64,000 bases of DNA from a virus (lineage: Duplodnaviria > Caudoviricetes), in the IMG/VR virus record IMGVR_UViG_2846797076_000002, positions 591 through 64,590 of that record; one strand, written 5' to 3'. This document shows positions 1 through 9,116 of the stretch, in pieces. The notes below the pieces were generated by a model, which was not told the origin of the DNA, searched no databases, and saw only the letters and a program-made list of their open reading frames with translations. Numbering within the stretch: position 1 is the first letter of the stretch; each line of letters begins with the position of its first letter. The position numbers and the translations under genes were made by a program.

Positions 1-596
1 TCGATGCCGTGAGTGTTGCGGATCTCCGTATCAGGTCGACCGCACCCCGCCTCGCTCTCATGCGATCCCGCAATGCCGCCACGACCGATAAGCTGCCAGA
101 CCACGCCACCGAGCTTGCGAACCTCATCCGCTTCATTCGGGAATCGGCAGTCATCGACAACGACGAGGCCGCCTGCGGCGATGATGAGATTTACACGGCG
201 CACCCACAACTCAATCCAGAAGGACGGCCCAATGCAGGCGCGCCCCCATTGTGTGCCCAAGGTCTGCATTGCGTGACGTGGCGTGGCTCCTTGTAGCCAT
301 TCACATGGCTCTTCCTTGAGCCTGCCTTCAATCTGCTCCTCACTTAGGCCGATCGCCCGCAGCATATCTTTCAACGGTCCTGCGAACTTGACCAGCTGAT
401 AGCCGTGCTTCTCGACCAGGTACTTGCTGGCCGTGGACTTGCCGCTTCCAGCAAGGCCGGTCAGTGCGATGACTGGCGGCAGGATGGCTGTGCTGGCCTT
501 CCCAATTGCCGCGCCGAGTGCGCGCAGCTCGGCAGGAACGTTATCATTCGCCGGTACGGCTGTGAGGCAGCCGGTGTCTTTGGATGTAATGGTCAT
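1..596 (-). CDS. Deoxynucleoside monophosphate kinase (T4 gp1-like), 3' end cut by window edge; not in ORF track
   Basis: Manual translation MTITSKDTGCLTAVPANDNVPAE...VIALTGLAGSGKST...FAGPLKDML...TPRHAMQTLGTQWGR...VVVDDCRFPNE; ATG overlaps stop of upstream gene. Confidence 0.85.
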   Translation of the reverse strand, partial: MTITSKDTGCLTAVPANDNVPAELRALGAAIGKASTAILPPVIALTGLAGSGKSTASKYLVEKHGYQLVKFAGPLKDMLRAIGLSEEQIEGRLKEEPCEWLQGATPRHAMQTLGTQWGRACIGPSFWIELWVRRVNLIIAAGGLVVVDDCRFPNEADEVRKLGGVVWQLIGRGGIAGSHESEAGCGRPDTEIRNTHGI

Positions 597-1018
597 TCGC
601 CGGTCTCCTCGATGATCGCCATGGCTTTGCGGTACTTTTCCAAGCGCGCTCGGTTCTTTTCATCGTCAGGCAGCGCCCGCGAAACATCCATGTTGTCGCG
701 CAGGTCGGCGATCTTCACCTGTCGCGCGATCGGGTTGGAAATCGCTCGACGCACGAAATCGAAGTAGTCCTCACCTTCCTGCCGAGAGATAGCGAAGACA
801 GCAGCATGCACTTCCTCACCGAATATCGCCAGGATGTCGTCGTGGCTGATGCCGCTATCCTCGACGACGTCATGAAGAACACCGACAATTCGAGCAGTCT
901 CGTTATCCTGTGCGAACATCACGCGAAGCGGGTGCAGGATATATGGCAGTCCTGCCTTATCGGTCTGCCCCTCATGTGCGTCGACCGCGAATTTGATTGC
1001 TGTGTCTAAGTCGCTCAT
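593..1018 (-). CDS. HD-domain protein, small alarmone hydrolase / RelA-SpoT hydrolase-like
   Basis: AHEGQTDKAGLPYILHP, LHDVVED, VKIADLRDN motifs. Confidence 0.8.
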   Translation of the reverse strand: MSDLDTAIKFAVDAHEGQTDKAGLPYILHPLRVMFAQDNETARIVGVLHDVVEDSGISHDDILAIFGEEVHAAVFAISRQEGEDYFDFVRRAISNPIARQVKIADLRDNMDVSRALPDDEKNRARLEKYRKAMAIIEETGE

Positions 1019-1293
1019 ACCGTCTCCTCAACCTCCTTCTTGCTTTCCTCCGCAGGCTTCACGACCGGCTTAAACCGACGCAGTGCAAAGGGTGGATCTT
1101 CAGTGCCGAACTGCGGGCACACTCCGCGGTTCACGCCCGCCAAGCGAATGCCAGCGTAGTCGCCGGCGAGATATGTGCGGCACATCCCGACCCACGTTGC
1201 TGTGTAGGTCTCCCCGGCACGAATGCCGAGGTATTGCTCCAGAAGGGTGGAATCATCCACGCATATGACTTCGTCGCCGGGTTTGATGGTCAT
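1015..1293 (-). CDS. Hypothetical phage protein
   Basis: Coupled by ATGA overlaps in operon. Confidence 0.6.
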   Translation of the reverse strand: MTIKPGDEVICVDDSTLLEQYLGIRAGETYTATWVGMCRTYLAGDYAGIRLAGVNRGVCPQFGTEDPPFALRRFKPVVKPAEESKKEVEETV

Positions 1294-1496
1294 GTGGCCT
1301 CCGTTCCGAATTCAAAGTTAACAACAGCATGGGGCTCGCCAGTCGCTCGCCGCAATCGGCATTGCATTTCTACGCGTAGTGCCTCCCACAAACGAGGCTC
1401 CAAGCGATTGCCGTTATGGAGGTAGGCTGGCCCAGCCGCTATCTGTACGCTGGCATTTTCGCCAATCTCGACAAGCTTCTGCATTGTCAGGGTCAT
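1290..1496 (-). CDS. Hypothetical phage protein
   Basis: ATGA overlap with neighbours. Confidence 0.5.
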   Translation of the reverse strand: MTLTMQKLVEIGENASVQIAAGPAYLHNGNRLEPRLWEALRVEMQCRLRRATGEPHAVVNFEFGTEAT

Positions 1497-1678
1497 GCCA
1501 GCCACACCCCCAACCAGATGAGACCAGAGGCGGGCCAGAGGGCCGCAACGCCCATTCCAAAAATGACCGCAATCGGTCCCTTGGCAGCGAAAGTGCCGAC
1601 GAAGTATCCGAGCGCAACCAAAGCCACAGCAATATAGGCCAGCCAGAAAGCCGCAACCTTCGTGTCTTCGCTCATCAC
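1493..1678 (-). CDS. Small two-TM membrane protein
   Basis: Two hydrophobic stretches; coupled overlaps. Confidence 0.6.
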   Translation of the reverse strand: MMSEDTKVAAFWLAYIAVALVALGYFVGTFAAKGPIAVIFGMGVAALWPASGLIWLGVWLA

Positions 1679-2331
1679 GCCCTCCCCGCCATCAACGCAT
1701 CAAACGTAGCCAAGAACTCGAGATCCGCCTCCTCCGGCGACCAATACCGCAGCTTCACGCCAAGCGGCTTGTCGTGCCTAGAGTGCCAAGGCATCTCGCG
1801 CAGGTTGACCAGCTCGTCGGCGATGATCCGGTTGTCAGCATCGTGCACCGCCCTCGGCAACTCCTTCGGCAAACCAAACCGAGCCGCGATAGCGAGCCAA
1901 TTGTCTTGCTCGATTGCCCGGTAGTTCGTCAGGTAGGGCTTCAGCGGGCGCGGAATGTCCACGCAGTACGCCTCCGGTGCATCGTGCAGAAGGCCGGCGA
2001 GTGCGACCTCTGGCGCGTGCTTGGCTGCGAGGTGACGGGCGATTAAGACGGAATGTTCGGCGACGCTGTAGAACTTGATGCAGTGACCAGCGTAGCGCGC
2101 CTGCATGGCGAGGGAGTGCGCGATGTCCTCGATGTGGACTTCGTGCGGGCGCGGGTCCATCGGCCAATATTTGCGGCCGGAGAAAACTTGCATGAAGTCG
2201 CCAGTGCGGGGTGGCACGTTGTCGTTGGCGGCCACGTACTTGTCGAGAGGGCCGAAGGTGGTGGTGGTGAGGTCTGTGGCTGGCGCTGGGCCGACCTGTC
2301 TCGCGCCGTACATGTGAACGTAATTGCTCAT
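1675..2331 (-). CDS. HD-superfamily phosphohydrolase (YfbR/5'-deoxynucleotidase-like)
   Basis: IEDIAHSL..RYAGH..FYSVAEHSV, LLHDAPEAY..DIPRPLK. Confidence 0.85.
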   Translation of the reverse strand: MSNYVHMYGARQVGPAPATDLTTTTFGPLDKYVAANDNVPPRTGDFMQVFSGRKYWPMDPRPHEVHIEDIAHSLAMQARYAGHCIKFYSVAEHSVLIARHLAAKHAPEVALAGLLHDAPEAYCVDIPRPLKPYLTNYRAIEQDNWLAIAARFGLPKELPRAVHDADNRIIADELVNLREMPWHSRHDKPLGVKLRYWSPEEADLEFLATFDALMAGRA

Positions 2332-2900
2332 GCCGCCACCAAACGGGTGCGAAGCCCGACCTTCTCGCTAGTTGCGTTGAATTTGGCGCGCACAGCATCA
2401 TCGAGATCGATACCGTATTCTTGCGCTAGAAGATCGGCGCAGATGACGATGTCCGCCAATTCCTCGGACAGCTGCTGAACGGTGGCGCGTGATCCGCGGA
2501 TTCCAAGCTCTTCCCGCACCAGCTTCTTTACGACGTTGCTTGCCTCGCCGCACTCTCCTGACAATTCGTTTGCGCGCCAAAGTTTGCCAAGCGGACCGCT
2601 GATCTTGCTATCGGCGTCCCATTCTTTTTGACGCGCAATGTTCGCAGCACGCAGGACGGAGAAATTGTCGTTGGCCGCGACGGGGCCATGGCCTGCCGCC
2701 CACGTCTCCACCTTGTAGGCGCTGAAACGCGTCCGGAACTGGTCGCCTTCCTCGCTCATGATGGCGCTGGTGGTGATCCAGTCTCCGTCGAGGAACCGAC
2801 CTTTGGTGTCGCCGAAAACTTGCCCGTACAGGCAAGGCGCACGATGATCTTGGCTCTTCGACAATCTCTGCGCGTTTCGCAGTGTCCCTACGATTTCCAT
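2328..2900 (-). CDS. MazG-like NTP pyrophosphohydrolase with extra N-terminal domain
   Basis: ELSGECGEASNVVKK...EELADIVI...KFN motif. Confidence 0.8.
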   Translation of the reverse strand: MEIVGTLRNAQRLSKSQDHRAPCLYGQVFGDTKGRFLDGDWITTSAIMSEEGDQFRTRFSAYKVETWAAGHGPVAANDNFSVLRAANIARQKEWDADSKISGPLGKLWRANELSGECGEASNVVKKLVREELGIRGSRATVQQLSEELADIVICADLLAQEYGIDLDDAVRAKFNATSEKVGLRTRLVAA

Positions 2901-2904
2901 TTCC

Positions 2905-2950
2905 GTCTCCTCAGTGGTGTGGTGGTTGACCGCCAGTTGGTGACTGGCGG
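2905..2950 (-). repeat. ACCA-hairpin/CACCAC/GAGGAGA leader copy
   Basis: mRNA: CCGCCAGU-CACCA-ACUGGCGG..CCACCACACCACUGAGGAGAC before ATG 2900. Confidence 0.8.
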
Positions 2951-3004
2951 GTTTGCTTTGGTTGAACTACAATTCAGATTAGACCGAACTGCAGGATATG
3001 ATTG

Positions 3005-3361
3005 ATGCGGATAACCATTGCTCTAGTGACGCTTATTTCTCTGAGTTCCGCTGCTTTTGCGGGACAAGTTACTGTTCAAAGCTCCATAGATTGTGCTCAG
3101 TGGGAGATATCAAGGAAATCCAACCGTTCGGCTGTTTTTGAATATTTTTTTATAGGGCTCATTAATGGCCTATCTGTTGGATCCGGTACCGAATTTTGGA
3201 AAGCCGAACCTGGAGAGCTAACACGAGATCAGGCTTTGCTATGGCTCGACAAGTACTGCGACAAAAACCCTCTTTCTGACATTTATCGCGGCACCATCTC
3301 CCTGATTAACGAGCATACGGGTGGAAGTTACGAACGACGGGTGTCCAGGCAATCCAACTAA
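3005..3361 (+). CDS. Secreted/periplasmic small protein (moron, HdeA/Rap1a-like Cys pair)
   Basis: Signal peptide ending AFA, two Cys, AT-richer, opposite strand to the operon. Confidence 0.65.
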   Translation: MRITIALVTLISLSSAAFAGQVTVQSSIDCAQWEISRKSNRSAVFEYFFIGLINGLSVGSGTEFWKAEPGELTRDQALLWLDKYCDKNPLSDIYRGTISLINEHTGGSYERRVSRQSN

Positions 3362-4611
3362 GCCACCGCCCTCGCCGGCTCATTGTCATTCGCGGCCGAA
3401 TACCGCCCGGCGACCATCTCCGGCCGCAGCGTGGCGCGAGCCACTTCGCCATACCTGCGCGAATATGTGATGACCTTGGCAGATCGACCAGAAAGCCAAC
3501 CTCCGCCAGCAGCATATGCATCAGGCGCGGCAAGCGTCTCATGGCGCTCGACATACATCAGCGCCGACTTGCGGCCTTCATCGCTGTGCAGGTGGCCGAC
3601 GTGGGCGAAGGCGTATTTCGAGCCGCCGAACATCTCACGGAACATGCCTGCGAGCGTCGCGTCGACCTGGGCCACGCCGCGCTTATGGCCGTGATGATAG
3701 AACAGCGCCGTGTCTCCCCACTTGTAGGCGTAGTAGAGCATCGGGCTGGTATCGACCGATACGCGCGGTTCATTCTCATAGATCGTCGCCAGAAGCTCGC
3801 GCACCCAGACAGATGAGGCTGGATCGTGGTTGCCCGAGGCCATAACGACATGAACGTGCTTGTGCTTCTGTAGCAGCATGTCGACGACACGGCGCAACGT
3901 GCGGATGACGACACGAACCACCTTATGCAGTCGGGAATCAGCATCGAGAACGTGCTTATGTGCCGGCGTGACGCTCTCAAGGGCGTCGTGGTGCAACAGG
4001 TCTCCGAGCTGCGCGAGAACGGCGGTGTGCGCCTGCGGAGCGCCAGCTACAGCGGCAGCAAACCAATCCAGCAGCAACTGCTCGGCAAGTCGGAGATCAT
4101 AGTCAGCGCCCGTCTCCTCGCGGTGAGCGAGCATTCCGAAATGGCTGTCGGTCACAACGAACTGGTTTAGCAGATCTTCCTCAACGTGTTGCGGCGCCGG
4201 CATGATGGTGATGCGCGGCAGGTCTTCTTTGAGGCTTTCGACCATTGCGCGAAAAGCCGCAAGCTGGCCTTCCGCTTCCACCGCAGTCTTCTGCCACTGC
4301 TGGATAACGCGCCCCTCGCCATCGACGAGAGCAGACACGCCTTTGACGACGTGCCCGGTCGGGACTTGAAACCGATCGCCGCGCTCCGGAACCTGCTGAA
4401 TGAAGGTGCCGCTCGGCGTGTTGCTGATGCGGTTGATGCGGAATCCTGGGAGGACAGGATCTGTGCCAAGCAGGCCAGCCTCAGCTGCCCGTTTGAGGCT
4501 TTCAGCAAGCGCCGACTTGCCGATACCAAGTGCTGCGGCTGCTTTGATCAGCGTGCCGTGCTCTCGATAGGCGTCGGCTCTTCGACGTAGTTCTTCGATG
4601 GGTAGAGGCAT
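3358..4611 (-). CDS. Calcineurin-like metallophosphoesterase with N-terminal HTH
   Basis: TDSHFG, LGDLLH, GNHD, HHGH, GHLH motifs; ends AANDNEPARAVA. Confidence 0.75.
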   Translation of the reverse strand: MPLPIEELRRRADAYREHGTLIKAAAALGIGKSALAESLKRAAEAGLLGTDPVLPGFRINRISNTPSGTFIQQVPERGDRFQVPTGHVVKGVSALVDGEGRVIQQWQKTAVEAEGQLAAFRAMVESLKEDLPRITIMPAPQHVEEDLLNQFVVTDSHFGMLAHREETGADYDLRLAEQLLLDWFAAAVAGAPQAHTAVLAQLGDLLHHDALESVTPAHKHVLDADSRLHKVVRVVIRTLRRVVDMLLQKHKHVHVVMASGNHDPASSVWVRELLATIYENEPRVSVDTSPMLYYAYKWGDTALFYHHGHKRGVAQVDATLAGMFREMFGGSKYAFAHVGHLHSDEGRKSALMYVERHETLAAPDAYAAGGGWLSGRSAKVITYSRRYGEVARATLRPEMVAGRYSAANDNEPARAVA

Positions 4612-4614
4612 GCA

Positions 4615-4657
4615 GTCTCCTCGATGTGGTGGTTAAGGCCGCTTGGTGGGCGGCCTT
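4615..4657 (-). repeat. ACCA-hairpin/CACCAC/GAGGAGA leader copy
   Basis: AAGGCCGC-CCACCAA-GCGGCCUU..CCACCACAUCGAGGAGAC. Confidence 0.8.
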
Positions 4658-4661
4658 GGTT

Positions 4662-4901
4662 TTAGCGGTGAGGGATGGGTCCGTGTTCACTGGGATAAGC
4701 AGTTTTCCCAAATACCCAGAATCCGATGAACCATTTGAGCTTGAAAGAAACACCGTACCAACGAGCTATCTCGTGGTCGGCGTAATCGTTCCGACCTTCT
4801 GTACTACTCCCCTTCGAAAGGAGCGTGCCAGTGTAGGCTCGGATCTTGGTTGGATTGTCCGGCGAGCCTTTGTGTATTCGAAGCCCTAGAAAGCTCATCA
4901 C
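4662..4901 (-). CDS. Hypothetical protein
   Basis: Overlaps stop of the protease gene. Confidence 0.5.
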   Translation of the reverse strand: MMSFLGLRIHKGSPDNPTKIRAYTGTLLSKGSSTEGRNDYADHEIARWYGVSFKLKWFIGFWVFGKTAYPSEHGPIPHR

Positions 4902-5560
4902 CCCACCCTCCCCAGCAACTCGCAGACCGCTGTCGAAGGCACAACAAAGCCATACCCGACAAGCGAGCCAGAGAAGCCAATCGGCGCAGCCATCACGCCG
5001 ACAGTTATGCCGATCAGGTCGCCGTTGTCCGCGTAGACTGGACCGCCGCTCTGGCCCATCACAGTCGTGATGTCGGTTACGTAGACGGACTTCCAGGGGC
5101 CTGTTTCGCGAGGATCGCCGGCAATCTTGCCGTAGGCCGCAACGAATTCGATTTTCAGGGGATTGCCGTAAGCGACGATAGGGTCGCCAGCCTTCACAGC
5201 GCGGCAGGCAAGCTTTGCAGATCCAAGGCCCACCGACGACGTGCGCAGCAGTGCAATGTCATTGGCCTTATTGACCCAAAGCACATCCGCCTTGCGGAAC
5301 TCGCCGCCCTTGGCTTTTACCTGGACGTCCTTAGCATCGCCGACGACGTGCGCAGCAGTGACGATGAAACCATCGCCGATATGAACGCCGGAGCCGTGGC
5401 CGTTTTCGAGCTGGATCTTAACGGTAGCCGTTTCGGTGGCTGGCAATGCTGGTGGAGGAAGGAGCGCGTAGGCGGCCGCAGAGGTCGCGGCGACAACAAG
5501 AAATAAAGCAACGAGGAATGCGCGTGGCGATACAATACGCCGCAGGAATCGTCTGAGCAT
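4898..5560 (-). CDS. Trypsin-like serine protease with signal anchor
   Basis: TAAHV, NDIALL, GQSGGP catalytic triad motifs. Confidence 0.9.
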   Translation of the reverse strand: MLRRFLRRIVSPRAFLVALFLVVAATSAAAYALLPPPALPATETATVKIQLENGHGSGVHIGDGFIVTAAHVVGDAKDVQVKAKGGEFRKADVLWVNKANDIALLRTSSVGLGSAKLACRAVKAGDPIVAYGNPLKIEFVAAYGKIAGDPRETGPWKSVYVTDITTVMGQSGGPVYADNGDLIGITVGVMAAPIGFSGSLVGYGFVVPSTAVCELLGRVG

Positions 5561-5566
5561 GATATC

Positions 5567-5632
5567 CCCTCTTTCTGGCGTCTTGCGCCAATGTGGTGGT
5601 CCCGGTTGGTTGCCGAGCGGCTGGTTAGGCCG
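5567..5632 (-). repeat. Variant leader copy (two AACCA-loop hairpins, CACCACA, AGAGGGGA)
   Basis: CGGC-CUAACCA-GCCG, CGG-CAACCAA-CCG, then CACCACA. Confidence 0.55.
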
Positions 5633-5638
5633 ATAATC

Positions 5639-5667
5639 AAGCTAAACTATTTTTACAAATTTGTCAA
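5639..5667 (-). promoter_or_regulatory. Sigma70-type promoter with ACAAATTTGT operator
   Basis: TTGACA-17bp-TAGCTT; palindrome at 5655-5664; near-identical copies at 48510 and 58809. Confidence 0.8.
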
Positions 5668-5703
5668 GATTTGAAGACTCCGCTTGACTCTCCCCAATAA
5701 TGA

Positions 5704-5718
5704 GAACATTTGTAGAAC
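5704..5718 (+). promoter_or_regulatory. Alphaproteobacterial LexA box
   Basis: GAAC-ATTTGTA-GAAC (GAAC-N7-GAAC) downstream of TTGACT at 5684, upstream of an operon containing SRAP. Confidence 0.7.
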
Positions 5719-5736
5719 AAACTTGGAGTAAGTAAG

Positions 5737-5976
5737 ATGGCAGACGCTGAGAAAATCATTGTCGTGCAGTTCAAAAACAGCCGTGGCGGTGTTGTTCCGG
5801 GTGAAATGCGGCAGGCTTCCAATCAAGCATCCGCAGAGAAGATGGCGAGCGCCATGGCGTCGCGTCACGTCGGCGTTGCTGCCTATGCTGTTACCGTAGA
5901 CGAGGAAAGCGGCAGTATGGCAAACCCGCGTCTTCTGGTGGCGCACGGGCAGATTGCCGACTTGATGCCAGACTAA
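5737..5976 (+). CDS. Hypothetical protein, first gene of putative SOS operon
   Basis: GGAG SD, ORF track. Confidence 0.7.
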   Translation: MADAEKIIVVQFKNSRGGVVPGEMRQASNQASAEKMASAMASRHVGVAAYAVTVDEESGSMANPRLLVAHGQIADLMPD

Positions 5977-6049
5977 GTTCCTGGCGCGGGGGCGCGCGCC
6001 TTTCAAAGACAGGGAAAGATTTTTGGCTCTGAGACAGGAGAACGAGAAC

Positions 6050-6256
6050 GTGCGCCCAAACCCTAGAGAACCACAAGCCGATCCGGTCGACCACATCATC
6101 GCCTGGCACGACGGAGATAGCCGGGCGGCCATCGAAACGCTGATGGAAGACATCCAACATCTGCGGTTGCAGCTCGCATTGGCGACTGCCGCAATGGGCA
6201 AGGGATTTACACGAGGCTGGCTACCGAATGAAACCCGGGATGACAGCAAACGATAA
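6050..6256 (+). CDS. Small helical hypothetical protein
   Basis: AGGAG SD before GTG 6050; DPVDHIIAWHDGDSRAAI. Confidence 0.6.
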   Translation: MRPNPREPQADPVDHIIAWHDGDSRAAIETLMEDIQHLRLQLALATAAMGKGFTRGWLPNETRDDSKR

Positions 6257-6719
6257 CGGATACGAGTACACGGAACTCGAACGGGAAAGAATATGGGTCA
6301 TCTGCGAGGATTGCGAGCTTCTTCGGTCGTTCGATGGCAACGCGGTGAAGGTGGAATTTATTGCGGCACCAGCTCCAAGCCCGCTTCGAATGATTGCGCA
6401 GAGGCTTATTGGATGTCCAAAATCGAAGGAAGATTTCGGCCCGCGATGCAGGTTGAGCTATTACTGGACCTTCGAGGAACGAACATCAAAAGCGGCGAAA
6501 GAAGAAACCTCCGGCGCGCGGGTGTTCGATCTACGCTCCTGGGAAGTCGTTGTGGCCGGGTGTGGATCGTGCAAGCATGTGACGGAGTTACCACGCTGGA
6601 AGCTATTGAAGATGGTCGGCGGTAACACGACCCTCAAAGAATTGCAGCCACGCCTGAAATGCCGGAAGTGCGGCGAAAAGGGCGGATCCTTTATCACGAT
6701 TGCAAAATTGCCGAGGTGA
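6240..6719 (+). CDS. Double zinc-ribbon-like protein
   Basis: CEDC, CGSC, CRKC motifs; starts MTANDNG. Confidence 0.65.
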   Translation: MTANDNGYEYTELERERIWVICEDCELLRSFDGNAVKVEFIAAPAPSPLRMIAQRLIGCPKSKEDFGPRCRLSYYWTFEERTSKAAKEETSGARVFDLRSWEVVVAGCGSCKHVTELPRWKLLKMVGGNTTLKELQPRLKCRKCGEKGGSFITIAKLPR

Positions 6720-6721
6720 GC

Positions 6722-7384
6722 ATGTGTAATCTGTACCGCGTGAAGACCAATCAGGAATCGATCCGCGACATTGCGGGCATCATGCAAGAGCGTCTTAACC
6801 TGGAGCCGGATGTGGAAGTCTATCCAGATCGGCCAGCGCCAGTGGTTCGCAATGGTGAGACCGGTCGGGAGCTGGTCGGGCTGACGTGGGGAATGCCGTC
6901 GCCTCAGTTCGTCACGCAAGGCAAGCCTGATACTGGCGTGACCAACATCCGCAATGTCACCTCACCGCATTGGCGGCGGTGGCTTCGGGTAGAGAACCGC
7001 TGCGTCGTGCCGTGGACGACATTTTGCGAGTGGGAAGACACAAAGCCGAGGAAGACCAAGCGCTGGTTTGCGCTAAACGAGGAAACGCCCCTCGCCTTCT
7101 TCGCCGGTATCTGGACGGACTGGCACGGCGTTCGCGGATCGATGAAAAACCCGCGTGATGGTGACCACCAGCTTTTTGCGTTCCTGACGACGGAGCCGAA
7201 CGGCATTGTGAAGCCGATCCATCCAAAGGCGATGCCGGTCATTCTGACAAGTAAGGATGAGGTGGAGATGTGGCTTACGGCGCCATGGGAGGAAGCGAAA
7301 GCGCTTCAGCGTCCGTTGCCCGATGACGGGCTTGTGCTGCTGCCCGTCGAAGATGAGACCAAGACGGCCGATCTATTCGGATAG
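6722..7384 (+). CDS. SOS response-associated peptidase (SRAP/YedK/HMCES family, abasic-site protection)
   Basis: N-terminal MCNLY, RCVVP..FCEW, FAGIW, IHPKAMPVIL. Confidence 0.9.
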   Translation: MCNLYRVKTNQESIRDIAGIMQERLNLEPDVEVYPDRPAPVVRNGETGRELVGLTWGMPSPQFVTQGKPDTGVTNIRNVTSPHWRRWLRVENRCVVPWTTFCEWEDTKPRKTKRWFALNEETPLAFFAGIWTDWHGVRGSMKNPRDGDHQLFAFLTTEPNGIVKPIHPKAMPVILTSKDEVEMWLTAPWEEAKALQRPLPDDGLVLLPVEDETKTADLFG

Positions 7385-7393
7385 GAGACGAAT

Positions 7394-7807
7394 ATGCATA
7401 TCCGTCCTTACATTCTGGAAAAACACGGTGTCTACCCCAAGGGGCTACTGGAAGATGGTGACTTCTTCGGGGTGCAGAAAGCCATTCACGAGGACATAGA
7501 TCCGCGCCTGCTAGCGGAAGTGGATCGGGAATCTGACCTCACCGCTTATTCCGGATATGTCGCCATGGAGCTCTGGGCCGATGACGACGATATACCGACC
7601 GGTGCGAAGATGGAGATGTTGTTCAGCGAACGAAAAAGCGTTGCTGCCCTTCTCTACGACCACCCCAAGATTTCCGACGCGTTCATAGAGTGGGTGTTTT
7701 GCACATCACCCGACGATGCTTTGATCGAGTGGAAGAGGAAGGTTCGCTGGCCGCTGATTGAAACGTCGCGGGGACCAGTGGAGATTATCGGGGAGGCCCA
7801 CACATGA
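7394..7807 (+). CDS. Hypothetical protein
   Basis: AGGAG SD, acidic 137 aa. Confidence 0.6.
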   Translation: MHIRPYILEKHGVYPKGLLEDGDFFGVQKAIHEDIDPRLLAEVDRESDLTAYSGYVAMELWADDDDIPTGAKMEMLFSERKSVAALLYDHPKISDAFIEWVFCTSPDDALIEWKRKVRWPLIETSRGPVEIIGEAHT

Positions 7808-7968
7808 GCGACCAGTCCGACAAGGCCGGCGATGGCATCCATGAGAACCACTGGTGCGAGCATCCCGGCTGCCGTAAATGGGGAGGCTTCGGGTATTCCC
7901 GATCGAAGGCCGAAAAGTCATCGTGGCATTGCTGGGAGCATTATCCGTTTAAGGAGCCGTCACGGTGA
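7804..7968 (+). CDS. 54-aa Cys/His protein (not in ORF track)
   Basis: MSDQ...HWCEHPGCRKWGGFG...WHCWEH; ATGA overlap, GGAGG SD. Confidence 0.6.
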   Translation: MSDQSDKAGDGIHENHWCEHPGCRKWGGFGYSRSKAEKSSWHCWEHYPFKEPSR

Positions 7969-8032
7969 TGGTGAACTCAAGACGTTCAGAGCGGAGGGTG
8001 CGCCGGCGGTTTTGCGGGCGGTGGAGACTGGG

Positions 8033-8377
8033 TCACCCACCACTGAGCCGGGATGTCGCGATCCCAAACGCACCAAATAAAGCACCTAATATCGCTCCGA
8101 TGATCATGAGGAGTGTCCCGACGAGAAACGTCGTCATCATCTGTCGCGCATTCATCTTGAATGCCATCCCGCAGATCGCGAAAATCGCGACATTCAAGAC
8201 TAGCGAAAAGACTATACCATTCCGTCCAAGCCCCATTATCGCGAGTGCGGTCAAAAGATATGACCCAACCATGGCGGTACTGCCGCGCCACCAATCAGAT
8301 CCAGATTTGTACGCGCCATACGCCCCGCCAACCGCAAAAGTTAGCACAATCAGAATGAATTGATCGGTTTCGCTCAT
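8033..8377 (-). CDS. Four-TM membrane protein (moron)
   Basis: Hydrophobic segments, GAGGGG SD. Confidence 0.65.
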   Translation of the reverse strand: MSETDQFILIVLTFAVGGAYGAYKSGSDWWRGSTAMVGSYLLTALAIMGLGRNGIVFSLVLNVAIFAICGMAFKMNARQMMTTFLVGTLLMIIGAILGALFGAFGIATSRLSGG

Positions 8378-8633
8378 TTTTGCGCCCCCTCGCCACGGCG
8401 CATGGAAACCAGATGGCGCTGCAGCTGTCGAGTCCTCAATTTTACGGTGAGGTTTGTATATCCCGAATAACGTTTGAGACGGTCGGGCGCTGCTTTTTTT
8501 GAATTACCATGCCCACTGGTTTGAGATGGGTGGTGCTATACGCATTGGCACTATTATCTTCCCTAATAAAAATTCTAGTTGAGTAGACTCGACTCCAATC
8601 TCTCTGCGTGTTTCTGTAATCACGGGGACGTTA

Positions 8634-9068
8634 TTGGGGGCTTTTTTGACAATTGTTTATTTGAGGGTGCTCGGCACCCTGCTCATTTCGTGCGCCTTGA
8701 GCGCATGCACCACTTCGCGTGAAGCATTTAATGCTAATCCGAAGTCGATCGATAAGCCAACGCTCTGTCGCACATACTTGCAGAGCCAAGATCCAGCATT
8801 CCAGCAGGACCTTGCCAAAGAACTCAGCCGGCGGGGCGTAGAGTTCTATCAATGTCCGGAGATGGTGAGGAACCAGGATGCTGCGGCTGCAGCTTTGGTT
8901 GCTGTCGCTCTGGTCGGGACCGCAGTCGCCGTGTGTGCGAACAACAATTGCGGGGGCGGCTACCCGACAAGAAACTACCCCGGCAATTGTTACTCCTACT
9001 ACGACCGAGCGGCCGATGGCAGCCTGTGTGGCCATCGAAGTGCGATGTCGCGGCCTGGCGGCTGGTAA
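8634..9068 (+). CDS. Cys-rich putative lipoprotein (moron)
   Basis: ALSAC lipobox; C-terminal C..YDRAADGSLCG.RSA. Confidence 0.6.
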   Translation: MGAFLTIVYLRVLGTLLISCALSACTTSREAFNANPKSIDKPTLCRTYLQSQDPAFQQDLAKELSRRGVEFYQCPEMVRNQDAAAAALVAVALVGTAVAVCANNNCGGGYPTRNYPGNCYSYYDRAADGSLCGHRSAMSRPGGW

Positions 9069-9116
9069 AATCTGCTGCCGATCAAAAAAACAGCATCAAG
9101 CAAAAGGAATCACGAA

